In this document: one piece after another, positions 51,258 to 61,015 of the stretch
Position numbering within the stretch: position 1 is the first letter of the stretch
Layout: every line of letters begins with the position of its first letter
NCBI GenBank assembly: GCA_963666735.1
Contig: OY762926.1
Coordinates: 96,001-160,000, forward strand
Source: Gemmatimonadota bacterium
GTDB taxonomy: Bacteria > Gemmatimonadota > Gemmatimonadetes > Palauibacterales > Palauibacteraceae
Direction of reading: 5' to 3'
Length of the DNA: 64,000 bases
Notes under the pieces: generated by a model
Told to the model about the DNA's origin: nothing
The model's database searches: none
What the model saw: only the letters and a program-made list of their open reading frames with translations
Made by a program: the position numbers and the translations under genes

Positions 51258-51498
51258 CGTTCGATACCTCCGATTCGATGGACTGCACGATCTGCACGTT
51301 TGAAACCTCGCGTAGTACGGGCGCGTCGTCCAGAGTTGGCGACCCGGTGCGCTTTCTCGTGGGGCGCGACACGGGCCGTTTGTTTCTGCGGGTTACCGTG
51401 GAGCTGGATGTGTTGTTGATGTACAAGAACCTCTGGCCGGGGGTGCCCCCGGACCCCCGCAACGACATTCCGCGCGCCACCGAAGGAGGCCGCCCGAC

Positions 51499-51843
51499 AT
51501 GGCCCGTCCCCGGAAGCCCGACGCCGAGCGCAGGACCCGCACGATCGGCGTGCGCGTCACGCCCGCGGACGCCGCGGAGATCGCCGAGCGGGCCGGAGCG
51601 GCCCGCATGACGAGGGGCGGCTACATGCGCCGCAGGGCGCTGGGGCAGCCGGTCCGCGAGGCGGCCGTTCACCGTCTCGGCGCGAGGGAGCGCGTCGAAC
51701 TCCACCGGATCGGCGTGAACCTCAACCAGATCGCCCGGGCGCTGAACTCCGGCGCATCGGCGCCGGACGGGACCCTGGAGGCGGTTGAGCGGGTGGGCGA
51801 GCTCACGGCCGACCTGCTGACCGGCGAGGCGCTGGACCGTTGA
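51499..51843 (+). CDS. mobC: MobC-type mobilisation / relaxosome accessory protein
   Basis: RHH-like RTRTIGVRVT; ELHRIGVNLNQIARALN; AGGAGG RBS. Confidence 0.9.
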   Translation: MARPRKPDAERRTRTIGVRVTPADAAEIAERAGAARMTRGGYMRRRALGQPVREAAVHRLGARERVELHRIGVNLNQIARALNSGASAPDGTLEAVERVGELTADLLTGEALDR

Positions 51844-53041
51844 TCCCGAAGATCAACGGACTGGGGCGCTCGTTCGCCGGGGTCGCGGCGTACTGTCTGC
51901 ACGATGCCCCGGAGCCGGACGACCGCCGTCCGAGGACATCGGAGCGGGTCGGGTGGGCCGACACCCGCAACCTCGCGACGTTTCGGCCGGAGCGGGCCGC
52001 GCGGCTGATGGCCGCGACCGCGAAGGCGGCCCCCGACCTCAAACGGCTGGCGGGCGGGGCGCCAGGGGGGCGGAAGCTCGCGAAGCCGGTCCTGCACTAC
52101 TCGCTCAGCTGGGCGAGGGACGAGACGCCCGACAAGCGGGAGATGAGCCGGGCGGTGGACGGGAGTATGGAGGCGCTGGGGCTGGAGGGCCACGAGGCGC
52201 TGATCGTCGCGCACGAGGACACCCGACACCCGCATGTCCACGTCATCGCCAACCGTGTCGATCCGGAGACCGGGAAGGCGGCGACGCTGGGCAGAAGCAA
52301 GCTCCGGCTGTCGCGCTGGGCCGAAGGCTACGAGCGGGAGGAGGCCGGATCCGGTGCGAGAGGCGGGTCAGGAACAACGAGCGGCGGCGGGCGGGCCAGG
52401 AAGTGGTTCGCGGCCCGTCGGACCGGCCGCGCCACTGGGCGCGCGTCCGCCGCGAGGGGATGCAGCCCGGGCGGGCGCGGCGGGCGAGGGGGCCGCGCGA
52501 TGAGGAGCGCGTCGACATGGAGGCATGGCAGCGCGCCGAGGCGGAGGCTTGGGAGAGGGTCGAGGACGGGCGCGAGTGGGGCTTCCGGCAACTCGATATC
52601 CGGGCGCGGAAGGAATGGGCCGAGCTGCACAGGCGGCAAGACGAAATGCGGCAGAGGCTCGACCGGGAGAGCCGCACCGTGTTCGGGCGGCTGCGGATCT
52701 GGCGGACCGAGCGCTCGTTGCGGGAACTGGTCGGTGCGGTCCGGGGCCGGGAGGATCTGGTCGAGGGCTGGCGCGAGGATCTCGTCCGCAATCATCGGGA
52801 AGAGCGCGCCGCGCTGGGCAAGGAACACGGTGGGCGCGCCCAGGAGCTCGAGCGCGGTGTGGCCGAGTCCTATCGAAGGGGGCTGGTGGACGCGGAGCGG
52901 CGCGCATGGGCAGTGCGGGAAAGGATGAGGGAGCGCGAACAGACGCGGGAGCGGGAGCGCGGCCAGAGCATCATCATCCCCATTCCCCGGCCGCCCCGGC
53001 CCAGAGGCCCCGAGCGTGGCGGGGGAGGGTTCGAGCGATGA
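51840..53041 (+). pseudogene. Relaxase (MOBP/VirD2-like), frameshifted near 52340
   Basis: AAYCLHD, LHYSLSW, HEDTRHPHVHVIANRVDP in one frame; continuation GRIRCERRVRNN...GPERGGGGFER in another. Confidence 0.82.
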
Positions 53042-53761
53042 GCCTGGACTCCCCGCCCATCGCCAAGCGGGTCGTTTGGAACGGTCGATCCGAAGCGATC
53101 TCGGAAAAACGTGCCGGACTCCAGAATTGCCAGGGAACCGAACGGCTGATTCTAAGGAACGGTCAACATGCTGAGCCATGTGACCAGAGGCATACCCGGG
53201 GCCGCACGGCGGCACTCGGTTGGTACGTCAACGGGGGATCCATGAAGGGCGAACCCGACCCCGTCCAGCAGACGGGTGTGGCCGAGGCCGACTGGCGTGA
53301 CTCCACGATGCTTTGCGGGCTTATGAGGATAAGTGCCGGAGTCTTGATCGATTACGGCGGCATGGGCAGCGCGCCGCGTGGATTCCTACTGGTTCCGGGC
53401 CCGCGCCCCGAGGCGGAGACGGATCGGGTGCCGATGGGCGGGTAGCATCGGGTGGCATTCGACGCTGCCCTGCGGACGCGCCCGCAAACGCGTGATCCCG
53501 CCCACGGCTTCCCGCCACTGGATCGATGCGATCCGGTCGGCGATCAAAGCCGCTGACGCGGGCCGCGGACACCCCCGAAGCCGGCTTGAGGAGCACCCGC
53601 GCGTGGGACCTGCCCGGCAAATGGCCTGCCGAGAAGTTTCACGCACCACGCTTCGTCGCGTTGCCGGCACTCTCGCCAGCGGCGATCTTCCTCGCCATCG
53701 GCTACGAAACCGGCGAATAGCTCGGTTCGTAGCAACCACGCACCGCCGCCGGCTTGCCACG

Positions 53762-53877
53762 CCGTCGCCGGGGCCGACGCCCGGGCCTTCGTTGAGCGAG
53801 TGTGGAGCCCCCCGGAGCAACGGGTAAGGGTTCTGTGCGTCGCCGGGGCTTCAATGCCCCGGCCTTCGTTTGTGGCG
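53762..53877 (+). CRISPR. Degenerate mini-array (repeat - 38 nt spacer - repeat) upstream of the cas operon
   Basis: 53762-53798 matches the array repeat at 32/37 with an intact GTTGAGCG 3' end; 53837-53877 GCGTCGCCGGGGCTTCAATGCCCCGGCCTTCGTTTGTGGCG keeps the hairpin. Confidence 0.85.
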
Positions 53878-53995
53878 TCCTGTCCGGACGTTGGTCGGCC
53901 AAGAATCCGAGGCGCATTTCGTGCTGAGACCCCCTTGTGCACGGGAATCCACGTTAACTCAGCTCAGTTCGCAGGCAATCGGAGACGGGATTTTG

Positions 53996-54024
53996 TTGCG
54001 CCTAGCGGCGCTACTCTGTACTCT
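53996..54024 (+). promoter_or_regulatory. Putative sigma70 promoter of the cas operon
   Basis: TTGCGC-17 bp-TACTCT, 45 bp upstream of the cas7 ATG; AGGAG RBS follows. Confidence 0.55.
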
Positions 54025-54069
54025 CAATACTGTTCGCAACGGACCTGATATTCGACCCAGGAGTTCCTG

Positions 54070-55275
54070 ATGCCCCAGTTGATCGATCTCGAAGCCCTTC
54101 TCGCCGCTTGCTCGGACGACTCGTTCGAAGACGGCATCCGTATCGATACGGATCTCGAAGCCCTATCTGGTGCGGGGGGACCGGTGAAACCCGCCGTGTA
54201 CGACGGCGGCAAGTATCAGGAGGATCGTCGCTGGGCTGGGCCCGGCGATGAGAAGCCTACGCCCATAATCGTCATCGACAACGTTCCCTCCCAGGCGAAC
54301 CGCCTGGAAGAGGCGGTTCGGCGCAATCGCGCTTCCGCGCCCGTCCCCGAATTCGTGCTCGACCTGTCCGACATGACCAGCCTCCCCGCCCACCTGCCCC
54401 GGCGGATTTCGAGCCTGCAGTTTCCGCATCGCAACGCCGACGCTTACCTCCGCGACGCGCAGCTCGATGGCGTGGACTTCGCCAAGACGGAGCTTGGTAT
54501 GAACATCCTCGGGGCCACTCCAGAGGCATGTGGCCCTCTAATGGCCTGGTTTCCGCAGGCCCTGCTGTATGGGTTCTGGCAATCGCACCTCGGCAAGAAG
54601 CGGCACAATACCAAGCATGCGCGGGCTTGGGTGTCGGAAATCATCGGCTGGCGACCCGCCTCCAACGAGACGAGAGTCTTCGGGTTGAAGGGCGATCCCC
54701 TGAACCTCAACACCGACGAGGCCCTGACCTCGAATCCCGACGACCGCCTCAAGTGGGAGATCGGTACAGCCAAGACAGCCAGCGTTGAGGGGGGGAAGAA
54801 GGACAAGCTCTCGGAGATCGGGCACGGCCAGGTCCCGTTCATGGGAGACGAGGCCACGGCTGCTGCGGTATCGTTCGCGCGGGTCACTCAGCGAGCGACG
54901 GTGTCTTTCGCACAACTCAGGCGAATCGGCCTTGGGCCGGATCATTCGAGCGAGGCCGACACGGCGGCCCGCGCCCTACTGGTTGCCCTCGGACTGCACG
55001 GCCATGTACTCGCTTTCGGTCGAGGCTTCGCTCTGCGATCGGGCGCCGAGCTGCGGCCGACGAAGACTGTGACCACATGGCTCGGAGCAGGTGGTGACGC
55101 CGAACGCGGCCTGGGTGGCGCGACCGATACGGAAACCCTGCTGCGGGCCGCCATGAACCGGGCAAGATCGGCGGGTGTGCCTCTCGACGGCTGGGACAGC
55201 CCGGCCCGGCGACTCACGCCTCGCGAGAACCTCCGCAAGGCGATCCTTGCGACATGGCCGGAGCTCGACGGCTGA
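54070..55275 (+). CDS. csb1: Type I-G (I-U) Cas7 backbone protein Csb1
   Basis: VKPAVY, IDNVPSQANRLEE, PHRNADAYLR, PQALLYGFWQS, SEIGHGQVP. Confidence 0.9.
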   Translation: MPQLIDLEALLAACSDDSFEDGIRIDTDLEALSGAGGPVKPAVYDGGKYQEDRRWAGPGDEKPTPIIVIDNVPSQANRLEEAVRRNRASAPVPEFVLDLSDMTSLPAHLPRRISSLQFPHRNADAYLRDAQLDGVDFAKTELGMNILGATPEACGPLMAWFPQALLYGFWQSHLGKKRHNTKHARAWVSEIIGWRPASNETRVFGLKGDPLNLNTDEALTSNPDDRLKWEIGTAKTASVEGGKKDKLSEIGHGQVPFMGDEATAAAVSFARVTQRATVSFAQLRRIGLGPDHSSEADTAARALLVALGLHGHVLAFGRGFALRSGAELRPTKTVTTWLGAGGDAERGLGGATDTETLLRAAMNRARSAGVPLDGWDSPARRLTPRENLRKAILATWPELDG

Positions 55276-56693
55276 TGCTGGCGATATCGGTCGAACTCTT
55301 GCACGGCACCTTCAGGGCAGATCCCGATGGCACCGCGAACACCGGCGCCCTGACCAGAGGCGAATGGCCTCCCGCTCCCTCACGGTTGCTTGCCGCGATG
55401 ATCGCCGCCGATGGTACGCGAGACAAATGCCGGGTGACCGACGGGTCCGAACTCGAATGGTTCGAGCAGCTTCCACCGCCGGTCATCCATGCGCACTCAA
55501 GGCCGTTGCACCAGGCCCTTCACCCACGCTACGTCGTTCTGCAGACGGCGAGCGCCGCCAAGTCCGCGCACTTGGAGTACATCGGACGCAAGGGGATCAA
55601 GATCCGCCCCGGCGTCCGCATCACGCCGCGTCATCCCCACATCGTCTACTCGTGGGACATCGACGCGCCGACTGCCCGGGTCGAGGCCCTCCGTCGGCGG
55701 GCCGCTCGCATCGGATATCTGGGAGCTGCGGATTCTCCTGTTCGCGTCCGAGTGAGCAACCAACTACCTGAGTCGACCGCATCCGAGGATGCCTACGTGC
55801 CGGACCCGGGTGGAGCAGTGAACATCCGCGTTCCCCAACGAGGCGACGTCCGCCTCTTTGATCGGATGTACGATGCCTGGGTCCAGCACGGAGCCGCTGT
55901 CGCCCGAGCGCAGTTCCCGGCCCTCAACCATGAGACCACGTATCGCTCGCCGGAAGCCACTCCCCGCGTCGACCGCGGCGCCGTTGTGGCGTGGCTCCGC
56001 CTGGAGACGGCCGTGTCCGGACGTCGCGTTTCAACGGTCACGGATCTCTTTAAGCAGGCGGTTCTTCGGAAACACCAAGAGATTCATGGCGAACCTCCGC
56101 CGGTTCTTCACGGGCACGGGTTCACCGGCAGGGGCTACGACCTGGCTCGCTTCCTCGCTTTGCCTGATGCGGGGCACCCGCGATCGCGAGGACGGATTCA
56201 TGGCCTCGCGCTCTGGCTGCCTCCGGGGTGCACTCCCGTATTGCAGGCGCGCGCTCGCGACGCCGCGCTCGAAGTGCGACGCCTCTTCGGCGGCGGCCTG
56301 GACATGGGGGTGGCCCCCCATGACGGGGAGCCAAGGCCGCTTGCGGCCACCCCACAGCGATGGGAGCGCGAGTCGCGTCATTGGGTGACTGTCTTTCCAG
56401 CGGTGCACGAGCGCCGCGGTCCGGTCGCCCTCGAGGAGGTGGCTCGATGGTGCGCGCACGCCGGACTTCCGTCCCCGGTAGCGTTTCGTTCGGCGCGCTC
56501 TCCCTTGGTCCCGGGCGGGGTCGATCTTTCTCCCGCCGAGTTGAACCGCCCGGGGAGACCAAGACTACCCTACTCGCATGTTGAACTGTGGTTCGAGGAG
56601 CCCGTCATCGGCCCCGTGGTAATCGGCGCCGCGCGCCAGCGCGGGCTGGGGCTCTGCGTCGAGGCCCGGCAGATAGGGGGGGCGAATGGATGA
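55275..56693 (+). CDS. csb2: Type I-G Csb2 (Cas5/Cas6 fusion)
   Basis: EWPPAPSRLLAA, IGYLGAADS, C-terminal GPVVIGAARQRGLGL glycine-rich loop. Confidence 0.9.
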   Translation: MLAISVELLHGTFRADPDGTANTGALTRGEWPPAPSRLLAAMIAADGTRDKCRVTDGSELEWFEQLPPPVIHAHSRPLHQALHPRYVVLQTASAAKSAHLEYIGRKGIKIRPGVRITPRHPHIVYSWDIDAPTARVEALRRRAARIGYLGAADSPVRVRVSNQLPESTASEDAYVPDPGGAVNIRVPQRGDVRLFDRMYDAWVQHGAAVARAQFPALNHETTYRSPEATPRVDRGAVVAWLRLETAVSGRRVSTVTDLFKQAVLRKHQEIHGEPPPVLHGHGFTGRGYDLARFLALPDAGHPRSRGRIHGLALWLPPGCTPVLQARARDAALEVRRLFGGGLDMGVAPHDGEPRPLAATPQRWERESRHWVTVFPAVHERRGPVALEEVARWCAHAGLPSPVAFRSARSPLVPGGVDLSPAELNRPGRPRLPYSHVELWFEEPVIGPVVIGAARQRGLGLCVEARQIGGANG

Positions 56694-59496
56694 ACTTTCG
56701 TCCTTCGAGAAAATGCCGAAGTTCGACGCCTTCTATTCCGCGATCAACCGAAGATCTCCGTTCCCCTGGCAGTCGCGGCTCGCGGCGCAGGTAGCCAAGA
56801 AGGAAGCCTGGCCCCGCGAGGTTGGTGTGCCCACCGGCCTCGGAAAGACCGCCTGTCTCGAAATTGCGATCTGGTGGCTCGCCTCGCAGGCTGATCGCGC
56901 CGGCACCAAACGGACGGCTCCGACTCGGATTTGGTGGCTCGTCAACCGGCGCTTGCTAGTCGACTCGACCTACGATCACGCTAGGAAGATCAGGCGTGCG
57001 CTCCGCAATCCAGGAGAGGACGACATCACCGGCCAATCCGCAGCTGTCCTGCGTACCGTGGCCGAGCGGCTGCGCTCGCTGGCCTCGAGCCCAGAGGCCG
57101 AACCTCTCGAGGTCATCCGGCTCCGGGGGGGCGTTGCCTCGCATCGTCCCGGCGACCCGTCGCGGCCGACCGTGCTACTCTCCACCCTTCCGATGTATGG
57201 ATCCCGTCTGCTCTTTCGCGGCTACGGATCGAGCCGGTCCATGCGTCCGGTCGACGCGGCTCTGGCCGGAACCGACAGCCTCGTCCTCGTAGACGAAGCC
57301 CACTTGGCCCGCCACCTGACGAGGTTGCTGCCTACGCTCACAGAGTGTACGGCGGAGGCGCAACAGATTCTCGGAGGGCTCCGCTCGCGGCCGCAGATCG
57401 TGGCGCTAACCGCCACCGGTGATGCCTCCGCAGAGGATCGGTTCGACCTCGACAAAGAAGATGAAGCGAACTCGATCGTGCGTACGCGGCTCGAAGCCGA
57501 CAAGCTGCTTGAACTCTGGACGGAGTCAGGCGATGCCGGGCTGCGGCTCGCGGAGGCGGCGCGGCATCTACTGAGGCCTCCGACCAAGCCGGCGGCGTGC
57601 CTGGTGTTCGCCAACACACCCGCAACGGCCAGATCCGTTTTTTGGCATCTTCAGACAATGTTTCCGAGGCGGGAGGCCACGCTCCTTCTGCTAACCGGTC
57701 GCACACGCGAACGCGAGGCAGAGCGCACAAGGGAACGGATACTGGACCCCGTCGAGGGCATGCCGGCGACGCCCGATCACAGGGTCGACCGGAAGCAGCA
57801 CCTGATCGTAGTCGCCACGCAGACGCTGGAGGTTGGGGCTGACATCGATGCGGAGTACCTCGTCACCGAGACCTGCGGCGTCCGCGCCCTGACCCAGCGG
57901 CTGGGCCGCTTGAACCGGCTTGGACATTTCCCGAATGCTCGCGCTGTGTACGTGCATCTGCCAGCACCGCGGAGGAAAGGTCAGAAGGCTGGCGATCCCG
58001 ACCAGTGGCCTGTCTACGGCCACGAGCCGGCCACGGTGCTCCGTAGACTGCAGGCTGAGCTTGATCAAACGGCGGCGACGGTCTCACTCTCTCCCCGCCA
58101 TATCTCAGGGATCCTCGGAGAGCCTGGAGACCATCCCGGACGGGCGCCGGAGCTCATGCCTGGCCTGCTGTGGGAATGGGTGAAGACGACGACCCCGCCT
58201 GAAGACGAAGCGCCTGTGGAGCCCTATTTTTCCGGCATTTCCGATGGAAGTAGCTATGCGGTGTCGCTGATGTGGCGCGCGCACGTTCCCGAGGAGGGAG
58301 AGCGCCTCTGGCCGCGCGCCACCGACATCGAGGCGGTCGATGTTCCGATCGCGGACTTCCGGCGGGCGCTGGACGAAGACGAAGAGATTCGAAGAATCGG
58401 GCCGGACGGCGTCACCATCGAACCGATCTCCGGAGAGGAGCTGCGTCCAGGTGACACCGTCGTGCTGCCGTCCGACCGCGGCCTTCTGGACGCGTTCGGA
58501 TGGAACCCCGACTCCGTCCTTCCGGTGTTCGACGTCTCGGTCGCAACCCGTGGCCTGCCCTTGAATCCCGACGCGATCAAGCGGCTTTGCGGTGTCGCCG
58601 CAGGTGAACTGATCAACAAGGCGCTGGGCAAACGCCACGACCATGAAGATTCTGACGAGGCCGAGCAGGCAGAGGCGATCGCGGAACTCCTTGAGAGACT
58701 CCGTGGGGCCACTCCCAACGGCTGGAACAAGTCCGAATGGGACGCCATGGTGTCCGACCTGAAGCCGGAGGTCGTCAGCGCGAAGAGCGAAGTCTCGCGG
58801 CTGCCCCTCAATTGGCCCATTCTGGAAGAGCCGCGCATCGATGAGCTGGACGAGACATCCCTGTCCCTGGCTGACACCGCGCGGGATCTGGACCTTCACG
58901 GGAGGGCCGTCGGAGCGAGGTCCCGCACCATCGCGGAGCGCATGGGGATCCGCTCCGACTTGATCGACATGGTGGAGCGGGCCGGTCGGCTGCACGACGT
59001 CGGGAAGGCGGACAGGCGCTTTCAGCGCTGGCTCAATCCGACCGGCGACGGCAGTACCACGCCAGTTGCCAAGTCCGATATGCCCAGGAGTCGGTGGAGC
59101 ACCGCGCGAATCGCAGCGGGATGGCCCCGGGGCGGCCGGCACGAAGACCTATCTGCGCGCCTCGTGCGCCACTGGATGGTGACCGGTCGGGACCACCTGG
59201 ACCCCTCCCATGCCGACCTCCTCATCCACCTTATCATCAGCCACCACGGCAGCGGCCGACCGATCGTGCCGCCGGCCATCGACGAGAGTACCGCGACCGT
59301 GTCTTCGAGCATCGAGGGTTTTCCCGCGGAAGCCTCTGCCGACCTTTCGATCGTCGATTGGAACCAGCCGAGCCGGTTTCGGCGACTCAACGACAGGTTT
59401 GGACCGTGGGGGCTGGCACTCCTGGAAACCATCGTTCGGCAGGCGGACCACTCGGTCTCGGCGGGTGCGCGCATACACGAACTGGAGGATCTCTAA
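56686..59496 (+). CDS. cas3: Type I-G Cas3 helicase with C-terminal HD nuclease
   Basis: PFPWQ, PTGLGKT, DEAH, ATQTLEVGAD, QRLGRLNR; C-terminal LHDVGKAD, RHE, SHHG, RQAD. Confidence 0.95.
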   Translation: MDELSSFEKMPKFDAFYSAINRRSPFPWQSRLAAQVAKKEAWPREVGVPTGLGKTACLEIAIWWLASQADRAGTKRTAPTRIWWLVNRRLLVDSTYDHARKIRRALRNPGEDDITGQSAAVLRTVAERLRSLASSPEAEPLEVIRLRGGVASHRPGDPSRPTVLLSTLPMYGSRLLFRGYGSSRSMRPVDAALAGTDSLVLVDEAHLARHLTRLLPTLTECTAEAQQILGGLRSRPQIVALTATGDASAEDRFDLDKEDEANSIVRTRLEADKLLELWTESGDAGLRLAEAARHLLRPPTKPAACLVFANTPATARSVFWHLQTMFPRREATLLLLTGRTREREAERTRERILDPVEGMPATPDHRVDRKQHLIVVATQTLEVGADIDAEYLVTETCGVRALTQRLGRLNRLGHFPNARAVYVHLPAPRRKGQKAGDPDQWPVYGHEPATVLRRLQAELDQTAATVSLSPRHISGILGEPGDHPGRAPELMPGLLWEWVKTTTPPEDEAPVEPYFSGISDGSSYAVSLMWRAHVPEEGERLWPRATDIEAVDVPIADFRRALDEDEEIRRIGPDGVTIEPISGEELRPGDTVVLPSDRGLLDAFGWNPDSVLPVFDVSVATRGLPLNPDAIKRLCGVAAGELINKALGKRHDHEDSDEAEQAEAIAELLERLRGATPNGWNKSEWDAMVSDLKPEVVSAKSEVSRLPLNWPILEEPRIDELDETSLSLADTARDLDLHGRAVGARSRTIAERMGIRSDLIDMVERAGRLHDVGKADRRFQRWLNPTGDGSTTPVAKSDMPRSRWSTARIAAGWPRGGRHEDLSARLVRHWMVTGRDHLDPSHADLLIHLIISHHGSGRPIVPPAIDESTATVSSSIEGFPAEASADLSIVDWNQPSRFRRLNDRFGPWGLALLETIVRQADHSVSAGARIHELEDL

Positions 59497-60401
59497 TGGC
59501 GGAAGTCGTTTGCCCGGGGCTGCCCGCGTCGTGGATAAACGCCTGGCTGGCGGCCATCGGTGCCACGGTGCTCGATCCCAGGCTCCGGCTCCACTGGACG
59601 CAGGGCGGTACCCGGCGGGCCGTTCTCTCCGCCCGGGAAGGCGACCCGGTAGCCCTACTGACCGAATCCTGGCCAACCCGCCAACTGCTGGAAGACATGC
59701 CGGTCTCGGTGGCCTGGGGTGAAACGCCGGCAGTGCAGCGGAGAGTGTCCGCCGCCGCTTTCGCTGCGCGGGTTCGGGCTGCGCGCGGGCACCGGCACGC
59801 ATGGACCCTATCCTCCACGATGACGGATCTTCACGTAGACTCGAACGGGGAGGTGGCGCATGCACCGTTCGATCCCGCAGGCCCCGGAACCATCAAGTGG
59901 CTGCACCACCGACTGATGAAGGTCCATCGTGAAGTCGAACCGACCGAGGAACGCCTGTTGGAGTCACTCAATGGCACCGCGGCCAGGATCAAGGACAACG
60001 GTTTGGGTTTCGACCTCACCCGGATGGGCTCGCAGTCGGATGATTCCGGGAAATTCGGGAAGTGGGTCGATCCGGTGGTCGAAGTGCTTGCATTCTTCGG
60101 CCTCGCTCTACTTCCGGTACGCGGCAGCGGCACGGATGCAAGCCTGTCGAAGGCCTCTCGGCCATCCGCCATTCAGCGAGGGTGGAACCGGCCGCGGAAC
60201 CGCCGAAGAGAGCTATGGTTCATCTGGCCGGCGTGGACTCCCCCCCTTGATCATGCCGGCATCGACGCGCTCCTCGACATCTGGAATACAGGCAGGAAGA
60301 ACTGGCCGAGAGTCGGTGTGCATGCCGCGTGGCGAAGTGTGAGGTACGCACCCAAGGCCTCCGCGGACACCACGAGGGGGTTCGGAGCGGAACCACTTTG
60401 A
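59496..60401 (+). CDS. Type I-G large subunit Cas8g (Csb3-like)
   Basis: 302 aa ORF coupled between cas3 and cas4; NAWLAAIG...LRLHW and PVVEVLAFFGLALLPV motifs. Confidence 0.75.
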   Translation: MAEVVCPGLPASWINAWLAAIGATVLDPRLRLHWTQGGTRRAVLSAREGDPVALLTESWPTRQLLEDMPVSVAWGETPAVQRRVSAAAFAARVRAARGHRHAWTLSSTMTDLHVDSNGEVAHAPFDPAGPGTIKWLHHRLMKVHREVEPTEERLLESLNGTAARIKDNGLGFDLTRMGSQSDDSGKFGKWVDPVVEVLAFFGLALLPVRGSGTDASLSKASRPSAIQRGWNRPRNRRRELWFIWPAWTPPLDHAGIDALLDIWNTGRKNWPRVGVHAAWRSVRYAPKASADTTRGFGAEPL

Positions 60402-61015
60402 CGGCAGGTCCCGTAGTCTCCATCTCGGCGATCGAGCACTACGGATATTGTCCAAGACAGTGCGCTCTCATCCACGGCGACGGCGTGTGGACCGACAACG
60501 CCCACACCGTGCGGGGCTCCCGGGCGCATCGTCGGGTAGATGCCGGGCAGCATCGCACGGAACGAGGAAAGTACGTGCTACGCGCGATTCCTTTGTGGTC
60601 GGAAGCGCTGGGCCTGTCGGGGCGGGCCGACGCGGTCGAGATCGAGGGTGACTCGGTCCGTCCCGTCGAGTACAAGTCGGGCGTGCCACACGGTTCGGCT
60701 GCCAACCTGCAGCTCTGTGCACAGGCGTTGTGCCTCGAAGAGATGCTCGGCGTCGAGATACCGGAAGGGTATGTCTGGTATGGTGGGCCGAGGCGGCGGG
60801 TCCACGTCGCCCTCACGCCCATATTGCGGAACGAGGTTCGAACTGTCATCCGGAAAATACGTGCTCAGTTGGTAGCCGGCCGGCTTCCAAAGGCTCCGAA
60901 CGATGACCGCTGCGGTGAGTGCCAGCTCGCACCGCACTGCCTCCCCGAACTGACGAGTGCTCCGCGAAGGGTAGGTCGATACCTGGCCGAAACGGTATTC
61001 AAATGCGATACCTGA
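60398..61015 (+). CDS. cas4: CRISPR-associated exonuclease Cas4
   Basis: YCPRQ, GRADAVE, PVEYK, QLCAQALCLEE, CGECQLAPHC. Confidence 0.93.
   Translation: MTAGPVVSISAIEHYGYCPRQCALIHGDGVWTDNAHTVRGSRAHRRVDAGQHRTERGKYVLRAIPLWSEALGLSGRADAVEIEGDSVRPVEYKSGVPHGSAANLQLCAQALCLEEMLGVEIPEGYVWYGGPRRRVHVALTPILRNEVRTVIRKIRAQLVAGRLPKAPNDDRCGECQLAPHCLPELTSAPRRVGRYLAETVFKCDT

Noticed and set aside
51258..51400. Possible excisionase remnant upstream of the integrase
   Set aside because: No start codon or HTH motif that I can support
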